This document shows positions 1 to 10,040 of a stretch of 64,000 nt of DNA, piece by piece; position 1 is the first letter of the stretch, and each line of letters starts with the position of its first letter. This stretch comes from Faecalibacterium sp. CAG:74 (GTDB lineage Archaea > Thermoplasmatota > Thermoplasmata > Methanomassiliicoccales > Methanomethylophilaceae). The stretch covers positions 1,820-65,819 of the forward strand of contig CAVHHN010000001.1 of the NCBI GenBank assembly GCA_963635855.1, read 5' to 3'. The notes under the pieces were generated by a model. The model searched no databases. It was not told the DNA's origin and worked only from the letters and a program-made list of their open reading frames with translations. The position numbers and the translations under genes are program-made.

Positions 1-1
1 C

Positions 2-532
2 CCTGCATGGGGCACTGATGCAGAAACGTTGTCATCGATAATCAATGCGTGCGGACGTCAGGAACAGGCAGGGGTCGGATTGGCCACATGTCTCGGAGAC
101 ACGACTGCTTTGGAACAAGCAAAACGTATCGATTCAGAATCCAGACAGAAGGTCATGAACGGGGTCGCATCCATCGTGAACAAGAACAAGGTCATCCAAA
201 TGGAACATATCCAATGGTTCGATACCAGCGATTCAGGTTTTACAGGGATGATCTGTGGGATCGTCATGAGTTATGCTGGTGATCCAAGCAAACCGGTCAT
301 TGGGATAAACTGTTCTGAAGAAATGGCAAAAGTATCCTCCAGAGGGACGTTCCCACTCATTAATCGTGGACTGAACCTTGCTGAAGCTATGGACAAAGGC
401 TGTGCCGCGGTAGGCGGAGAAGGTGGAGGTCACCGTATCGCTGCAGGCGGTTCGTTCAACAGCACTAAGCGCGATGTGTTCCTTGCTGTCGTGAACAAGA
501 TCATCGGTGAGCAGTTGACGCCCACAAACTGA
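2..532 (+). CDS. DHH/DHHA1-family phosphoesterase (RecJ/GAN-like), C-terminal part; the 5' end lies upstream of the window
   Basis: The reading frame is open from the window edge (codons from nt 2) to TGA at 530-532. A DHHA1-type GGGH motif (GGEGGGHRIAAGGSF) lies near the C-terminus. Confidence 0.55.
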   Translation, partial: PAWGTDAETLSSIINACGRQEQAGVGLATCLGDTTALEQAKRIDSESRQKVMNGVASIVNKNKVIQMEHIQWFDTSDSGFTGMICGIVMSYAGDPSKPVIGINCSEEMAKVSSRGTFPLINRGLNLAEAMDKGCAAVGGEGGGHRIAAGGSFNSTKRDVFLAVVNKIIGEQLTPTN

Positions 533-1528
533 TCAATCGCGCCAAGTCACTGGCACCTCATCGGTACGATATCTCTGACGGACCTCGGTATCTTCTAAGT
601 TCATTCTGACACCGGACCGATACATTATAGATCCCAACCATGCTATCATGGCCCCATTGTCCCTGCAGAATTCTCTGTCTGGAACATACATGCGGGCACC
701 TCTTTCTTTGGCCATGGTGGCGACCATCTCCCTCAGATGACCGTTCTGTGCCACACCTCCGCCGAGAAGCACTTCGTCCTTACCGATGTGGGCCATCGCC
801 CGTTCGGTGACCTCGGTCAACATAGAAAATGCAGTTTCCTGCACCGAATAGCAGATGTCTTCCAACCTGCACCCTTTATCCCGATAGGCCACAGCTGCAG
901 TTAAGATGCCAGAGAATGAGATGTCCATGCCCTTGACCGAATAGGGAAGGTCCAATAATTTGTCACCGTCGGCCGCCAGTTTTTCAATCTTCGGCCCAGC
1001 GTAGAATCCCAGCCCGATATCACGACCGAGTTTATCCAACATATTGCCGATCCCGACATCCTGGGTCTCTCCGAAAATACGATACCGATGATCGGAATAC
1101 GCTATGATCTGGGTGTTACCTCCTGAAGCGTAAAGCAAACAGGGATCTTTGCATCCAGTTAGGGCGTTCCCGATCTCGATGTGGGCGATACAGTGATTCA
1201 CTCCGACGATCGGTATATTCAATGAATGTGCCAGAGATCTTGCGGCAGTACCTGCGACACGTAAACAGGGACCTAATCCCGGACCCATTGAGAACGAAAT
1301 GAGGCCCACCTCATTCAATGATATTCCTGCATTTTCGACCGCTTGAACGATGGTATCTGCGACCACATCGGCATGATGGTTCGCAGCCTCGCGTGGATGG
1401 AGTCCGCCCTGCGGGGGGTTGAACATGTTAATAACATTGGAAAGAACCTTGGCATCTGAATCAACCACGCCTACACCGAGAGTGTGTGCCGTTCCTTCGA
1501 TCCCTAGTGTTATCATCAAAGGTTGCAC
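533..1528 (-). CDS. kae1: tRNA N6-adenosine threonylcarbamoyltransferase Kae1 (stand-alone, no Bud32 fusion)
   Basis: 331 aa with GIEGTAHT near the N-terminus, the HCIAHIE metal-binding His pair and a Kae1/TsaD-like layout. Its stop abuts the convergent upstream stop (TGATCA at 530-535). Confidence 0.9.
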   Translation of the reverse strand: MQPLMITLGIEGTAHTLGVGVVDSDAKVLSNVINMFNPPQGGLHPREAANHHADVVADTIVQAVENAGISLNEVGLISFSMGPGLGPCLRVAGTAARSLAHSLNIPIVGVNHCIAHIEIGNALTGCKDPCLLYASGGNTQIIAYSDHRYRIFGETQDVGIGNMLDKLGRDIGLGFYAGPKIEKLAADGDKLLDLPYSVKGMDISFSGILTAAVAYRDKGCRLEDICYSVQETAFSMLTEVTERAMAHIGKDEVLLGGGVAQNGHLREMVATMAKERGARMYVPDREFCRDNGAMIAWLGSIMYRSGVRMNLEDTEVRQRYRTDEVPVTWRD

Positions 1529-1711
1529 ATTTTAGAGATATAAGAAGAAAATCACTACATCAAAACCCTGTACGAAATGAAAACAACAGAATACGCTAAC
1601 TTTCAACATCCCTTTGTGAATGAGACCTTTCTCAGACCCTCAAGTTCGTATTGACCGAGCTAACCATTGTTATCGACCACAAGATCACCGAGCCTGAAAC
1701 AATAGTTATGT

Positions 1712-1719
1712 TTTATATA
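1712..1719 (+). promoter_or_regulatory. TATA box candidate for tRNA-Val
   Basis: TTTATATA is centred about 29 nt upstream of the tRNA 5' end, which is typical archaeal spacing. Confidence 0.5.
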
Positions 1720-1744
1720 CGTCCAGCCTTTACCTGATTTTACT

Positions 1745-1820
1745 GGGCTCGTGGTCTAGGGGTTATGACGTCACATTGACATTGTGAAGGTCGCCAGTTC
1801 AAATCTGGCCGGGCCCACCA
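1745..1820 (+). tRNA. tRNA-Val (anticodon GAC) with encoded CCA
   Basis: Hand-folded cloverleaf: acceptor GGGCTCG/CGGGCCC, anticodon stem TCACA/TGTGA with loop TTGACAT, T-arm GCCAG-TTCAAAT-CTGGC, 3' A-CCA. Confidence 0.85.
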
Positions 1821-1888
1821 GGTTTTAATCAGTCATTGTCTGCCAACCCCTCTTTAAAGAATTTCAGTGATTTTGTCTAATCCACTGT

Positions 1889-3061
1889 TCAATGGTCCGG
1901 CCGTCCACGATGATATCTTCCGTGAATGGCAAAGTACAGGATCAAGGAAAAAAGCCCGATCCCTGCCATGATTATATAATTGGTCCGATACCCGACGATG
2001 TCAATGATACACCCGTTGATCACCGCACCCACCGCATATGCAAGTTCCATGAATATCCCGAACATCGTCACGGCCGCAGAAACCATTTGGGTAGACGAAT
2101 CCCTTACCACCACGGCCTGACCGACCGAGTTGAGTTGTGCGATGTTGAAACCTATCAAGAAACCGGAGAACAGCAGAAGATATCCGTCCGTAGTGTTCGC
2201 CAAGATCACCATTCCGATGAGATAAAGAATGAACATTGGCGTAAGTGCCAGATTCTCCCCGTGCAGATCGTATATCTTACCCAAAAACAGCCTGCATATC
2301 AGAGTGCCGAGAGATAGCGTGACAAAGAAAAAGACCGCATAACTATGCAGGCCGATCTCATTTCCATATGGAGATAGGAACGATAGAACTCCAGAATAAG
2401 AGAAGAAGAACACGAATGCCACGATCGATATGGGTAGTGCACTCCGTTCGAATATACCGGTTCTTTCCGACGGGGCGGAAACAGTACCTTCCCTATCATT
2501 GGTCAAGAACAAAGAGGCTATGAATGCCGCAAAATTAGCAATGATGCCTATCACAAAGATCTCGTGATATGCTCCAAAGCCCTGAAGGTACATGCAAAGG
2601 AAAGGCCCTACAATAGACCCAAGGGTCAAACTCAGCATGAAATACCCCATGCCTTCGCCCCTTCTTTCAGCAGGTATGCATTGAGCGACAAGAGCATTTA
2701 TCGCAGATACTCCCACACCATAGGTGATCCCGTGGACGAACCTCACAATCAAAAGTCCACCCACATTATCCGTCACGAGGTACATTAATGATACGATGGT
2801 TCCGAGCCCAAAGAAAAGGTTGGCCAATCTTTTCTTCCCATAACGGTCCAACCGCCCACCGATCGTCAGACGTGATATTATATCGCTAGCAATGAAGATA
2901 CTTGCAATGAAACCTCCAAGCATAGAACTTGTACACAGAACATCATTCGAGTAGGAGGCCATTGCTGTATAGAGCATGATAAAATATATTGTGTAAAAGA
3001 AGCAGACCAATGAACACAGATTGAAATTGCGTGTGAACAAGGACTGCTTTTCCATGATCAC
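1889..3061 (-). CDS. MFS-family transporter
   Basis: 390 aa and highly hydrophobic, with roughly 12 predicted TM segments and a loop motif GGRLDRYGKKR (MFS D-R-x-G-R-R-like) after TM2. Confidence 0.75.
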   Translation of the reverse strand: MIMEKQSLFTRNFNLCSLVCFFYTIYFIMLYTAMASYSNDVLCTSSMLGGFIASIFIASDIISRLTIGGRLDRYGKKRLANLFFGLGTIVSLMYLVTDNVGGLLIVRFVHGITYGVGVSAINALVAQCIPAERRGEGMGYFMLSLTLGSIVGPFLCMYLQGFGAYHEIFVIGIIANFAAFIASLFLTNDREGTVSAPSERTGIFERSALPISIVAFVFFFSYSGVLSFLSPYGNEIGLHSYAVFFFVTLSLGTLICRLFLGKIYDLHGENLALTPMFILYLIGMVILANTTDGYLLLFSGFLIGFNIAQLNSVGQAVVVRDSSTQMVSAAVTMFGIFMELAYAVGAVINGCIIDIVGYRTNYIIMAGIGLFSLILYFAIHGRYHRGRPDH

Positions 3062-3329
3062 GGGATTGAAGGAAAGTATATATCAGTGTACTGAGGAACC
3101 CTCAGAATATTGTGTGTTAGAAATATGGATTTATATGGAGACCTATAGAAACTATGTATCTGTGCCCAAGTCCCTGATCTATAATTTTGATAGCAAATCG
3201 ATATTCTGGACCGTCTTTTTGATAAAATAGGTTCCAAGCATGTCTATTCTATGTCTTCACTAATAATATATAATTGATACATGAATAAACAATTATTACA
3301 CTGAAGGTGAGACGATCACAAAGAAATCT

Positions 3330-3899
3330 ATGATATTGATTGTTTCCGTACTGCTGTGTTTATCAGCATATGCTGTAGTAACACACACGGAATCTCTGAA
3401 TGCGGAGCCCGCTAAACTTGGAAGTAGCGAGGTCACATGGGAATTCAACGAAGAGACCGGTACCCTGACCATAAACGGTTCCGGAGCGATCAGGGCAGCC
3501 AATGGTGCATACCCCTGGTCTGATTACAAAGATCGCATAACATCTATCGATATCGAAGGCACGATCACCTCGATCGATGACGGTGTTTTCGAAGATTGCA
3601 CTTCCCTTACATCCATAACGATCCCCGACTCTGTTACAGAACTCGGAACCGATGTGTTTGGCGAGGACATGGTATTTTATGATTCAAATGGTACCACAGT
3701 GCTCGACCCGACCGCCGATGAGCTGGCAGGAGCGACCTTCCAGAAGGTTGATGGAAAATGGGTCAAGCAGATCTCCCCCGCCGATCTGGGAATGGTCGCT
3801 ATCATCATCGCCATACTTGTCATTGCGATAATACCGGTCATCGTTATCATGAGAAGGAACCAGACCGTTCCCTGTGCAAACATAACCTTCCTAAAGTAA
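3330..3899 (+). CDS. Secreted BspA-type leucine-rich-repeat surface protein, C-terminal TM anchor
   Basis: N-terminal signal-like segment, GTLTINGSGAI...PW..Y lead-in, LRR_5-type repeats (FEDCTSLTSITIPDSVTELG), and C-terminal hydrophobic helix plus RRN. Confidence 0.65.
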   Translation: MILIVSVLLCLSAYAVVTHTESLNAEPAKLGSSEVTWEFNEETGTLTINGSGAIRAANGAYPWSDYKDRITSIDIEGTITSIDDGVFEDCTSLTSITIPDSVTELGTDVFGEDMVFYDSNGTTVLDPTADELAGATFQKVDGKWVKQISPADLGMVAIIIAILVIAIIPVIVIMRRNQTVPCANITFLK

Positions 3900-4186
3900 A
3901 AATAACACCTTCAACAAACCCCTCCGCAACTTGAGTGCGAGAAAAGACACACACTCTGCATTTGCAGAGCCTTGTCTTTTCTCGTACAACACAGCACCTT
4001 CATTGAGTTCTTACCATTCTGTGCAGAAGTTAGGGGCATATTCTCACCACCGGACATAAAGAACACACAGATCATTGCTCCGAAGAAAGGCTGTACTTTA
4101 CCAACCAGTTTAATACACTCTACACAATTCTGTAGAATTGCCGGATCCCCGATAAACACTGAGATACCCAACCTGGAGGAGCTGTC

Positions 4187-6460
4187 ATGAAACGTTTGAT
4201 ATTGTTAGTTGTCTCGATAATTGTGTGTACGTCCATGTATATATTTTTAGAAGAATCATCGAAAGCTGAAGCCATTTCGAATACTTCAGGCACCTGGGGG
4301 GACTTGGAGTATAGCTTTGATTCTGCAACTGGGACACTTTCAATAAGCGGTTCTGGAGAGATAGATGATGCGAACTCAAAGGCTCCCTGGAACCAATACA
4401 GAGAAGACGTGCGCTCGATCATAATTGGTGGCGCGATCACGTCCGTTGGCAAGTACTCGTTCATGGAATACGATAACTTAGAAACACTGAGACTCGGATC
4501 TGTCAGCACAATTGAGGACTATGCATTCTATGGATGTTTTTCACTCAAATCGGTGAACATTCCCGACACAGCCACATCTATTGGATTCGGTACTTTTGCC
4601 AGATGTACGGCCCTCACAGAGGTTACATTTGGAAATTCTGTAAACACAATAGATCAAGAGGCCTTCAGAAATTGTACCTCGCTTAAATCCTTGAATATTC
4701 CAAAATCAGTGACCAATATAGGCATGCTTGCATTCTATGGTTGTACATCCCTTACTTCGATCGATGTCGAGGATAACAACCCCAATTATTGGTCAGACAA
4801 AGTTGCACTTTACACCAAAGGTGACGCAATCGAACTGGTCCAATACCCAGCAGCCAACCCATCTACGACATACACAGTACCTGACACAGTATCAACTATT
4901 GGGTACGCTGCATTCAAAGGATGTACATTCCTTAAATGTGTGACCCTCCCAGGATCTATTGTAAAGATCAATAATCATGCATTTCAGAATTGTACTTCAC
5001 TTGAGTCGATATCCTTGCCTGATTCGGTAACGACCATTGGTGAATATGCATACGACAGCTGTTCTTCTCTTAGTTCCATCAATATACCCAGCAAGATCAC
5101 GACCATAAACTGGCACACATTCTATAACTGTACGTCACTCCAATCCATAACTTTGTCTGACTCGATCACATCCATAATGCCATTCGCATTTTGGGGTTGT
5201 ACATCACTTTCAGAGATCGTCTTCGGAAATTCATTACAAAGTGTCGGTTCATACGCATTCTCTTATTGTACCTCCTTGACCGAGGTAACACTCGGTGAAT
5301 CGATAACAAAGTTTGACGGCAGTGCATTCTATTTCTGTATATCTCTGTCATCATTCATTGTTGATCAGAAAAACCCCAATTATTGTTCTGTCGATGGTGT
5401 TCTTTTCAACAAAAAACAAACCGAACTTATCCAGTATCCCTCCAAAAAGACAGACACAAATTATACTGTTCCGAGCACGGTCACAAAGATCTGTGAGGAT
5501 GCTTTTGTAGGGTGTATTTACCTTCAATCCATTGAAGTGAAACAGAATTCCAACTACTGTTCAGATGAGGGTGTATTGTATGATCTGAACAAAACGTGTT
5601 TGATCGCATACCCGAGTGGAAAGACAGATCCTATGTACAGTATGCCTGAAACCTTAGAACGTACCTCTCAGGATTACCCGTTTTATGGAAATACCAATTT
5701 GACCGAAATTGTGGTCTCGGATTCCTTCCAGGACGACTGTGTACCTCAGTTGGGAATGATATCAGCAGGTTGCAAGATCACGATAAATGATACAAATCCG
5801 AATATAAAGGTTGTAGATGAAGTGGTATTCAGTAAAGACGGCGAAACCCTACTACTTTGTACATCAGGAAAAACAGGAGAATACACTATTCCCGAGGGAA
5901 CCAAAAAAATTGAGAAATTCGCATTCGTGTTTGCAGAGAATCTCGTTGCTCTGAACATTGCTGATTCTGTCACAGAGGTCTGCGACAGCGCATTCCAAGG
6001 CAAATGGGCTTTTTCTCCCATTATAGGATGTAAATCTCTATGCAGGATCACATTCGGAAACGGATTAAATACCGTAAGCAAAGACATATCATTCATCGCC
6101 ATGACATTTACATATGAGGGAAAAACCGTCATCGCCCCCACTGATCTGAATGGAAAGACATTCTCTGTTTGCAACGGAACCCTTTCCACAGGGTTCGATC
6201 CCGAAGTCCCCATATCAGCTCATGTTCTGACCGACGTGCCTGGAAAAGCAGCCACCTTCGTTGATGATGGATCTAAAGCACACCAACATTGCACCTTATG
6301 TGGAAAAGATTTCATTGATGGAAAAGAAACTTCCTCAGAAGATCTGGTGATCTCTGCAAAATGTGCTGAACCTGGAACGATATTCGGCCTAGTATCAGCA
6401 ACGATCCTTCTAGTGGTCGGCGTTATTTCTATTTCTATGCTCAGAACGAGAAAAGGCTGA
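4187..6460 (+). CDS. Large BspA-type leucine-rich-repeat surface protein, C-terminal TM anchor
   Basis: 757 aa with a signal peptide and the same GTLSISGSGEI...PW..Y lead-in as the upstream gene. It has more than 15 repeats of the pattern F.gCtsLtsi.iP.sVt.Ig..AF, and a C-terminal TM followed by RTRKG. Confidence 0.8.
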   Translation: MKRLILLVVSIIVCTSMYIFLEESSKAEAISNTSGTWGDLEYSFDSATGTLSISGSGEIDDANSKAPWNQYREDVRSIIIGGAITSVGKYSFMEYDNLETLRLGSVSTIEDYAFYGCFSLKSVNIPDTATSIGFGTFARCTALTEVTFGNSVNTIDQEAFRNCTSLKSLNIPKSVTNIGMLAFYGCTSLTSIDVEDNNPNYWSDKVALYTKGDAIELVQYPAANPSTTYTVPDTVSTIGYAAFKGCTFLKCVTLPGSIVKINNHAFQNCTSLESISLPDSVTTIGEYAYDSCSSLSSINIPSKITTINWHTFYNCTSLQSITLSDSITSIMPFAFWGCTSLSEIVFGNSLQSVGSYAFSYCTSLTEVTLGESITKFDGSAFYFCISLSSFIVDQKNPNYCSVDGVLFNKKQTELIQYPSKKTDTNYTVPSTVTKICEDAFVGCIYLQSIEVKQNSNYCSDEGVLYDLNKTCLIAYPSGKTDPMYSMPETLERTSQDYPFYGNTNLTEIVVSDSFQDDCVPQLGMISAGCKITINDTNPNIKVVDEVVFSKDGETLLLCTSGKTGEYTIPEGTKKIEKFAFVFAENLVALNIADSVTEVCDSAFQGKWAFSPIIGCKSLCRITFGNGLNTVSKDISFIAMTFTYEGKTVIAPTDLNGKTFSVCNGTLSTGFDPEVPISAHVLTDVPGKAATFVDDGSKAHQHCTLCGKDFIDGKETSSEDLVISAKCAEPGTIFGLVSATILLVVGVISISMLRTRKG

Positions 6461-6557
6461 GCCAAAAACCTGTAAGGATATACATGTCCGACCCTTGGGG
6501 GTCAGCCCCAAGGGTATTGAAAAATGGTGAATGGTTCGTAGTGCCAGATATCAAAAA

Positions 6558-7700
6558 TCAAGGCATCAAAGCAATATTCTCGCTACTAATGATATCCTTG
6601 TGCTTCATCTTGGTACCGAGAATTGCCTTTGCCTCATCTGACCGCATCCCACGGATGCGGTTGATCTCCTCGGCACTGTAATCCGGACTTCCGCGTGCGA
6701 TGACCGCAGTACCACATACGATATCGACAACATCACCTGCTTCAAATGAGCCAGATGCAAATTTCACACCTACCGGCAGAAGAGATCTATGAGATTGAAG
6801 TGCCTTTGATGCCCCCTCATCGATTATTATTTTGCCACTTACAGATACAGACTTCATCCAACGTCTTTTCTTGGTGATCGCAGAATCGGCAAGGAAAAGC
6901 GTACCGACAGCTTCACCATTGACCACACGTTCGATCACATTGTGCGTGGCACCAGATGCGATCACCATCATACATCCTGCATCTTGGCAGATTTTGGCGG
7001 CCTTGATCTTGGTCTTCATTCCACCAGTACCGGCCTTTGATCCAGGACCGCCGGCGATGTTCTCGATCGTGTCGTCGATATCTGAAACAACCTCTAGGAG
7101 TTTGGCATCTGGATCTTTACGTGGATTGCCGGAATATAATCCGTCCACATCTGAAAGGATCAGTAAAAGGTCCGCATCGGCCCTGCTTGCGATGACAGCA
7201 GATAAAGTATCATTATCACCGAACGCGACACCGATCTCTTTGATACATATCGCATCGTTCTCATTGAAGATCGGTATAACGCCATATTTTAGAAGAGTGG
7301 ATACTGTGTTGTTAAGGTTACGCACAGTTTCACGATCAGAATAATCGTCCATGGTAATGAGGATCTGTGCGACATGAAGTCCGAACTTCTGGAAGCTGTC
7401 ATTCCATTTTTGCATCAATATGCCCTGTCCGACAGAGGCTGCAGCCTGCTTAATGGGCACTTCATTAGGTTTCGGACGAGCATTCATGGCTTGTAATCCA
7501 ATGGCGACCGCCCCGGAAGATACTATCAGGACGTCTTTCTTTGCTTCCACCAAACGATGTATCTGTTCTGCGACATCGTCCATGAACTCCTCGCTGATGG
7601 TGGGTCCTCCACGAGTTATGGTAGAAGACCCGACTTTGATCACGATACGTTCCACAGACTCCAAATGGCCCCTTCTCGATACCGTATTCTCACTCCCCAT
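6558..7700 (-). CDS. proB: Glutamate 5-kinase with C-terminal PUA domain
   Basis: Amino-acid-kinase N-terminus (IVIKVGSSTIT) and a PUA-like C-terminus (GKIIIDEGA...LLPVGV). The start was trimmed to ATG 7700 (MGSENTV...); the ORF-track start at 7826 would overlap proA by 137 nt. Confidence 0.85.
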   Translation of the reverse strand: MGSENTVSRRGHLESVERIVIKVGSSTITRGGPTISEEFMDDVAEQIHRLVEAKKDVLIVSSGAVAIGLQAMNARPKPNEVPIKQAAASVGQGILMQKWNDSFQKFGLHVAQILITMDDYSDRETVRNLNNTVSTLLKYGVIPIFNENDAICIKEIGVAFGDNDTLSAVIASRADADLLLILSDVDGLYSGNPRKDPDAKLLEVVSDIDDTIENIAGGPGSKAGTGGMKTKIKAAKICQDAGCMMVIASGATHNVIERVVNGEAVGTLFLADSAITKKRRWMKSVSVSGKIIIDEGASKALQSHRSLLPVGVKFASGSFEAGDVVDIVCGTAVIARGSPDYSAEEINRIRGMRSDEAKAILGTKMKHKDIISSENIALMP

Positions 7701-8997
7701 ACTTACGGCAGGTCTTTTGATGTTTGTACGGACGGGCCTCATTTCCAGAATAATCCTTGACCACCTGTCCGTGGCCCACCAAGACGTATTTGTAACTGGT
7801 AAGACCTTCCATCCCCATCGGCCCACGAGCGTGGATCTTTCCTGTGGATATCCCTACCTCCGCACCCTTGCCGAAACGATATCCATCTGCAAAACGGGTA
7901 GATGCGTTTATGAACACGTCTGCCGAGTCCACCGACCTGACGAATTCCGACTGCTTCTCTTTGTTTTCGGTAATGATAGAATCGGTGTGATGGGACCCAT
8001 GGGTATTGATGAAGTCGATGGCCTCCTGTAGGCCACTGACCTGACGAATGGCAATGATCAGATCATCATATTCTGCACTCCAATCCTCGTCCGTGGCAAG
8101 CTCATAATCGAACCCGACGAGATATTTGGTCAAGCGTTCATCGACCCGCATCTTCACATTGTTTGCAACAAAGAGATCGGCCATACGGGGAAGGAAGTAT
8201 GATGCGATATGTTCATCGACCAATAACTTCTCGGCCGCGTTGCAAGCAGCGGGATATTGGATCTTGGAATCAAGGGCCACATTGAGTGCGACATTGAGAT
8301 CTGCCTCCGAATCCACGAAGACACTGCAAACTCCGGACGAATGACCCAGCACAGGAATGTTTGTGTTCGAGCTTATGTATTTGACAAACCCGTATGAACC
8401 ACGGGGAATGAGAAGATCGATGTATTCATCGAGTTTTAAGATCTCGGAAATTTCCTCCCTGGTCTCCAAAAGAACGAACGCATCCTCTGGCACACCTTCC
8501 GACCATGCCGCCTTCCGGAGAATGTCAAAAAGGAACTTGTTGGAACGTTTCGCCTCACTTCCTCCCTTGAAAACGATCGCGTTCCCGGTCTTGAGACAAA
8601 GTGACATGATCTGCGGGACCACTTCAGGACGGGATTCGAATATCACGCCTATCAGCCCGATCGGACATCTAATCTGATAAAGATCCAGCCCCATATCCAT
8701 TTCCATTGAGGATATTGTCTCCCCGATCGGATCGTCCAATTCAGAGACACTAAGGATACTTTCGACCATATCCTGCACCTTATTCTCATTCAACTTCAGC
8801 CGTTTCAGAAGTTCAGGTGCTATCTTCCCTGTGGATTCGCTCACATCCTCAGCGTTTACGCGAAGGATCTCATCTTTATTGACAAGGATCGCCTCGGCCA
8901 TCGAACGGAGCGCAGAATTTTTCACCCCAGTTCCGAGTGCCGCCAATTTCAATGACGCGGCCTTGGCACATTTTATCTCGGATTCGATACCGACCAT
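7690..8997 (-). CDS. proA: Gamma-glutamyl phosphate reductase
   Basis: 435 aa with an aldehyde-dehydrogenase-like ProA layout. It is coupled to proB by an 11-nt overlap. Confidence 0.9.
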   Translation of the reverse strand: MVGIESEIKCAKAASLKLAALGTGVKNSALRSMAEAILVNKDEILRVNAEDVSESTGKIAPELLKRLKLNENKVQDMVESILSVSELDDPIGETISSMEMDMGLDLYQIRCPIGLIGVIFESRPEVVPQIMSLCLKTGNAIVFKGGSEAKRSNKFLFDILRKAAWSEGVPEDAFVLLETREEISEILKLDEYIDLLIPRGSYGFVKYISSNTNIPVLGHSSGVCSVFVDSEADLNVALNVALDSKIQYPAACNAAEKLLVDEHIASYFLPRMADLFVANNVKMRVDERLTKYLVGFDYELATDEDWSAEYDDLIIAIRQVSGLQEAIDFINTHGSHHTDSIITENKEKQSEFVRSVDSADVFINASTRFADGYRFGKGAEVGISTGKIHARGPMGMEGLTSYKYVLVGHGQVVKDYSGNEARPYKHQKTCRKYGE

Positions 8998-9094
8998 GTA
9001 TCTTCATTACAATCTGGTTTATAGTATTCTTCTTACACGCACCTTGTTCTTTTCTAGAAAGACCAGTAAACCACATGTTCCTTGCAAGATGGTA

Positions 9095-9101
9095 TTTATA
9101 A
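9095..9101 (+). promoter_or_regulatory. TATA box candidate for tRNA-Ser
   Basis: TTTATAA is centred 26 nt upstream of the tRNA 5' end. Confidence 0.5.
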
Positions 9102-9123
9102 GTGAACGCGATTGAGCCTTTAA

Positions 9124-9209
9124 GCCGAGATAGCCAAGCCCGGTATGGCGGCAGTCTCGAAAACTGCTGGTCTGTGACCTCGGGAGTTCGAATCTCTCTC
9201 TCGGCGCCA
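9124..9209 (+). tRNA. tRNA-Ser (anticodon CGA), long variable arm, encoded CCA
   Basis: Acceptor GCCGAGA/TCTCGGC, anticodon stem GCAGT/ACTGC with loop CTCGAAA, long extra arm, T-loop GTTCGAATC, G-CCA 3' end. Confidence 0.85.
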
Positions 9210-9422
9210 TTATTCTATTCACTTGAGGTCGAAGAATACTCAGGAGATTACTGAACTCATGATGATTTCTAAATATCTGGGTCTTCGATCGATCAGTACC
9301 TAGCAGTTCTTGTGAGAAAGAGGTTTATTAATCCTGCCACGATAATATGGGCATAAGAGTATGTATCGGATATCAAGTTTTGAGGTACAGATATCCGATC
9401 ATCGATTACAAAATGTGATAGC

Positions 9423-10040
9423 ATGGCAAGAGAAGATCAATACTGCAACCCACAAGGCGAAGAAGGCAGAACAGTACTAAAGGATATGAACGAACACCAC
9501 CGGGATCTGACGATCTGGGGCCTTTCCAATATCCCCTCCATGCATGCCACCCGTATCCTGGATATCGGTTGCGGAGGAGGTAACACCATCAAGATGCTTT
9601 CCGTGAAATACCCTAATGCGACGATTGACGGCATAGATATTTCCGAGGAGGCTGTGAAAATCACTTTGGAAACGAATTCGGTCTTCCACAAATGGGGCAA
9701 AGTGAACGCATCCGTTGCTTCAGTGGATGCGATCCCATTCCCTGAAGAGACCTTTGATATCATCACTGCGGTGGAGACCTACTTTTTCTGGCCCGACCTG
9801 GAAAAAACACTTTTCCATGTGACATCTCGTTTAAAGAAAGGCGGTGTCCTTTGTATCGTATCCGAGCAGTATTTCACTGACACTAATAGATCTGAGCTGA
9901 ATGCAGCCTGTGCAAAATACCATATGAACATCGTTGAAAATGATATCCTGAAAGGTTATCTGGAACAATGTGGTCTGAAGATTCAGATGACCCTTTTAGA
10001 AGATAAAAACTGGATCGAGTTCATAGGTATCAAGGCTTGA
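9423..10040 (+). CDS. Class I SAM-dependent methyltransferase
   Basis: Motif I ILDIGCGGGN, downstream acidic residue (GIDISEEAV), and a Methyltransf_11-like length of 205 aa. Confidence 0.75.
   Translation: MAREDQYCNPQGEEGRTVLKDMNEHHRDLTIWGLSNIPSMHATRILDIGCGGGNTIKMLSVKYPNATIDGIDISEEAVKITLETNSVFHKWGKVNASVASVDAIPFPEETFDIITAVETYFFWPDLEKTLFHVTSRLKKGGVLCIVSEQYFTDTNRSELNAACAKYHMNIVENDILKGYLEQCGLKIQMTLLEDKNWIEFIGIKA

Noticed and set aside
9019-9222. 67-aa ORF covering tRNA-Ser (and likewise the 43419-43601 ORF covering tRNA-Thr)
   Set aside because: Both regions fold as canonical tRNAs with upstream TATA boxes, so the ORFs are coincidental.
9259-9265. ATGATGA (C-box-like) in the tRNA-Ser/methyltransferase spacer as a possible C/D box sRNA
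   Set aside because: No CTGA D or D' box occurs at the expected ~12-nt guide spacing on either strand, and there is no terminal stem.
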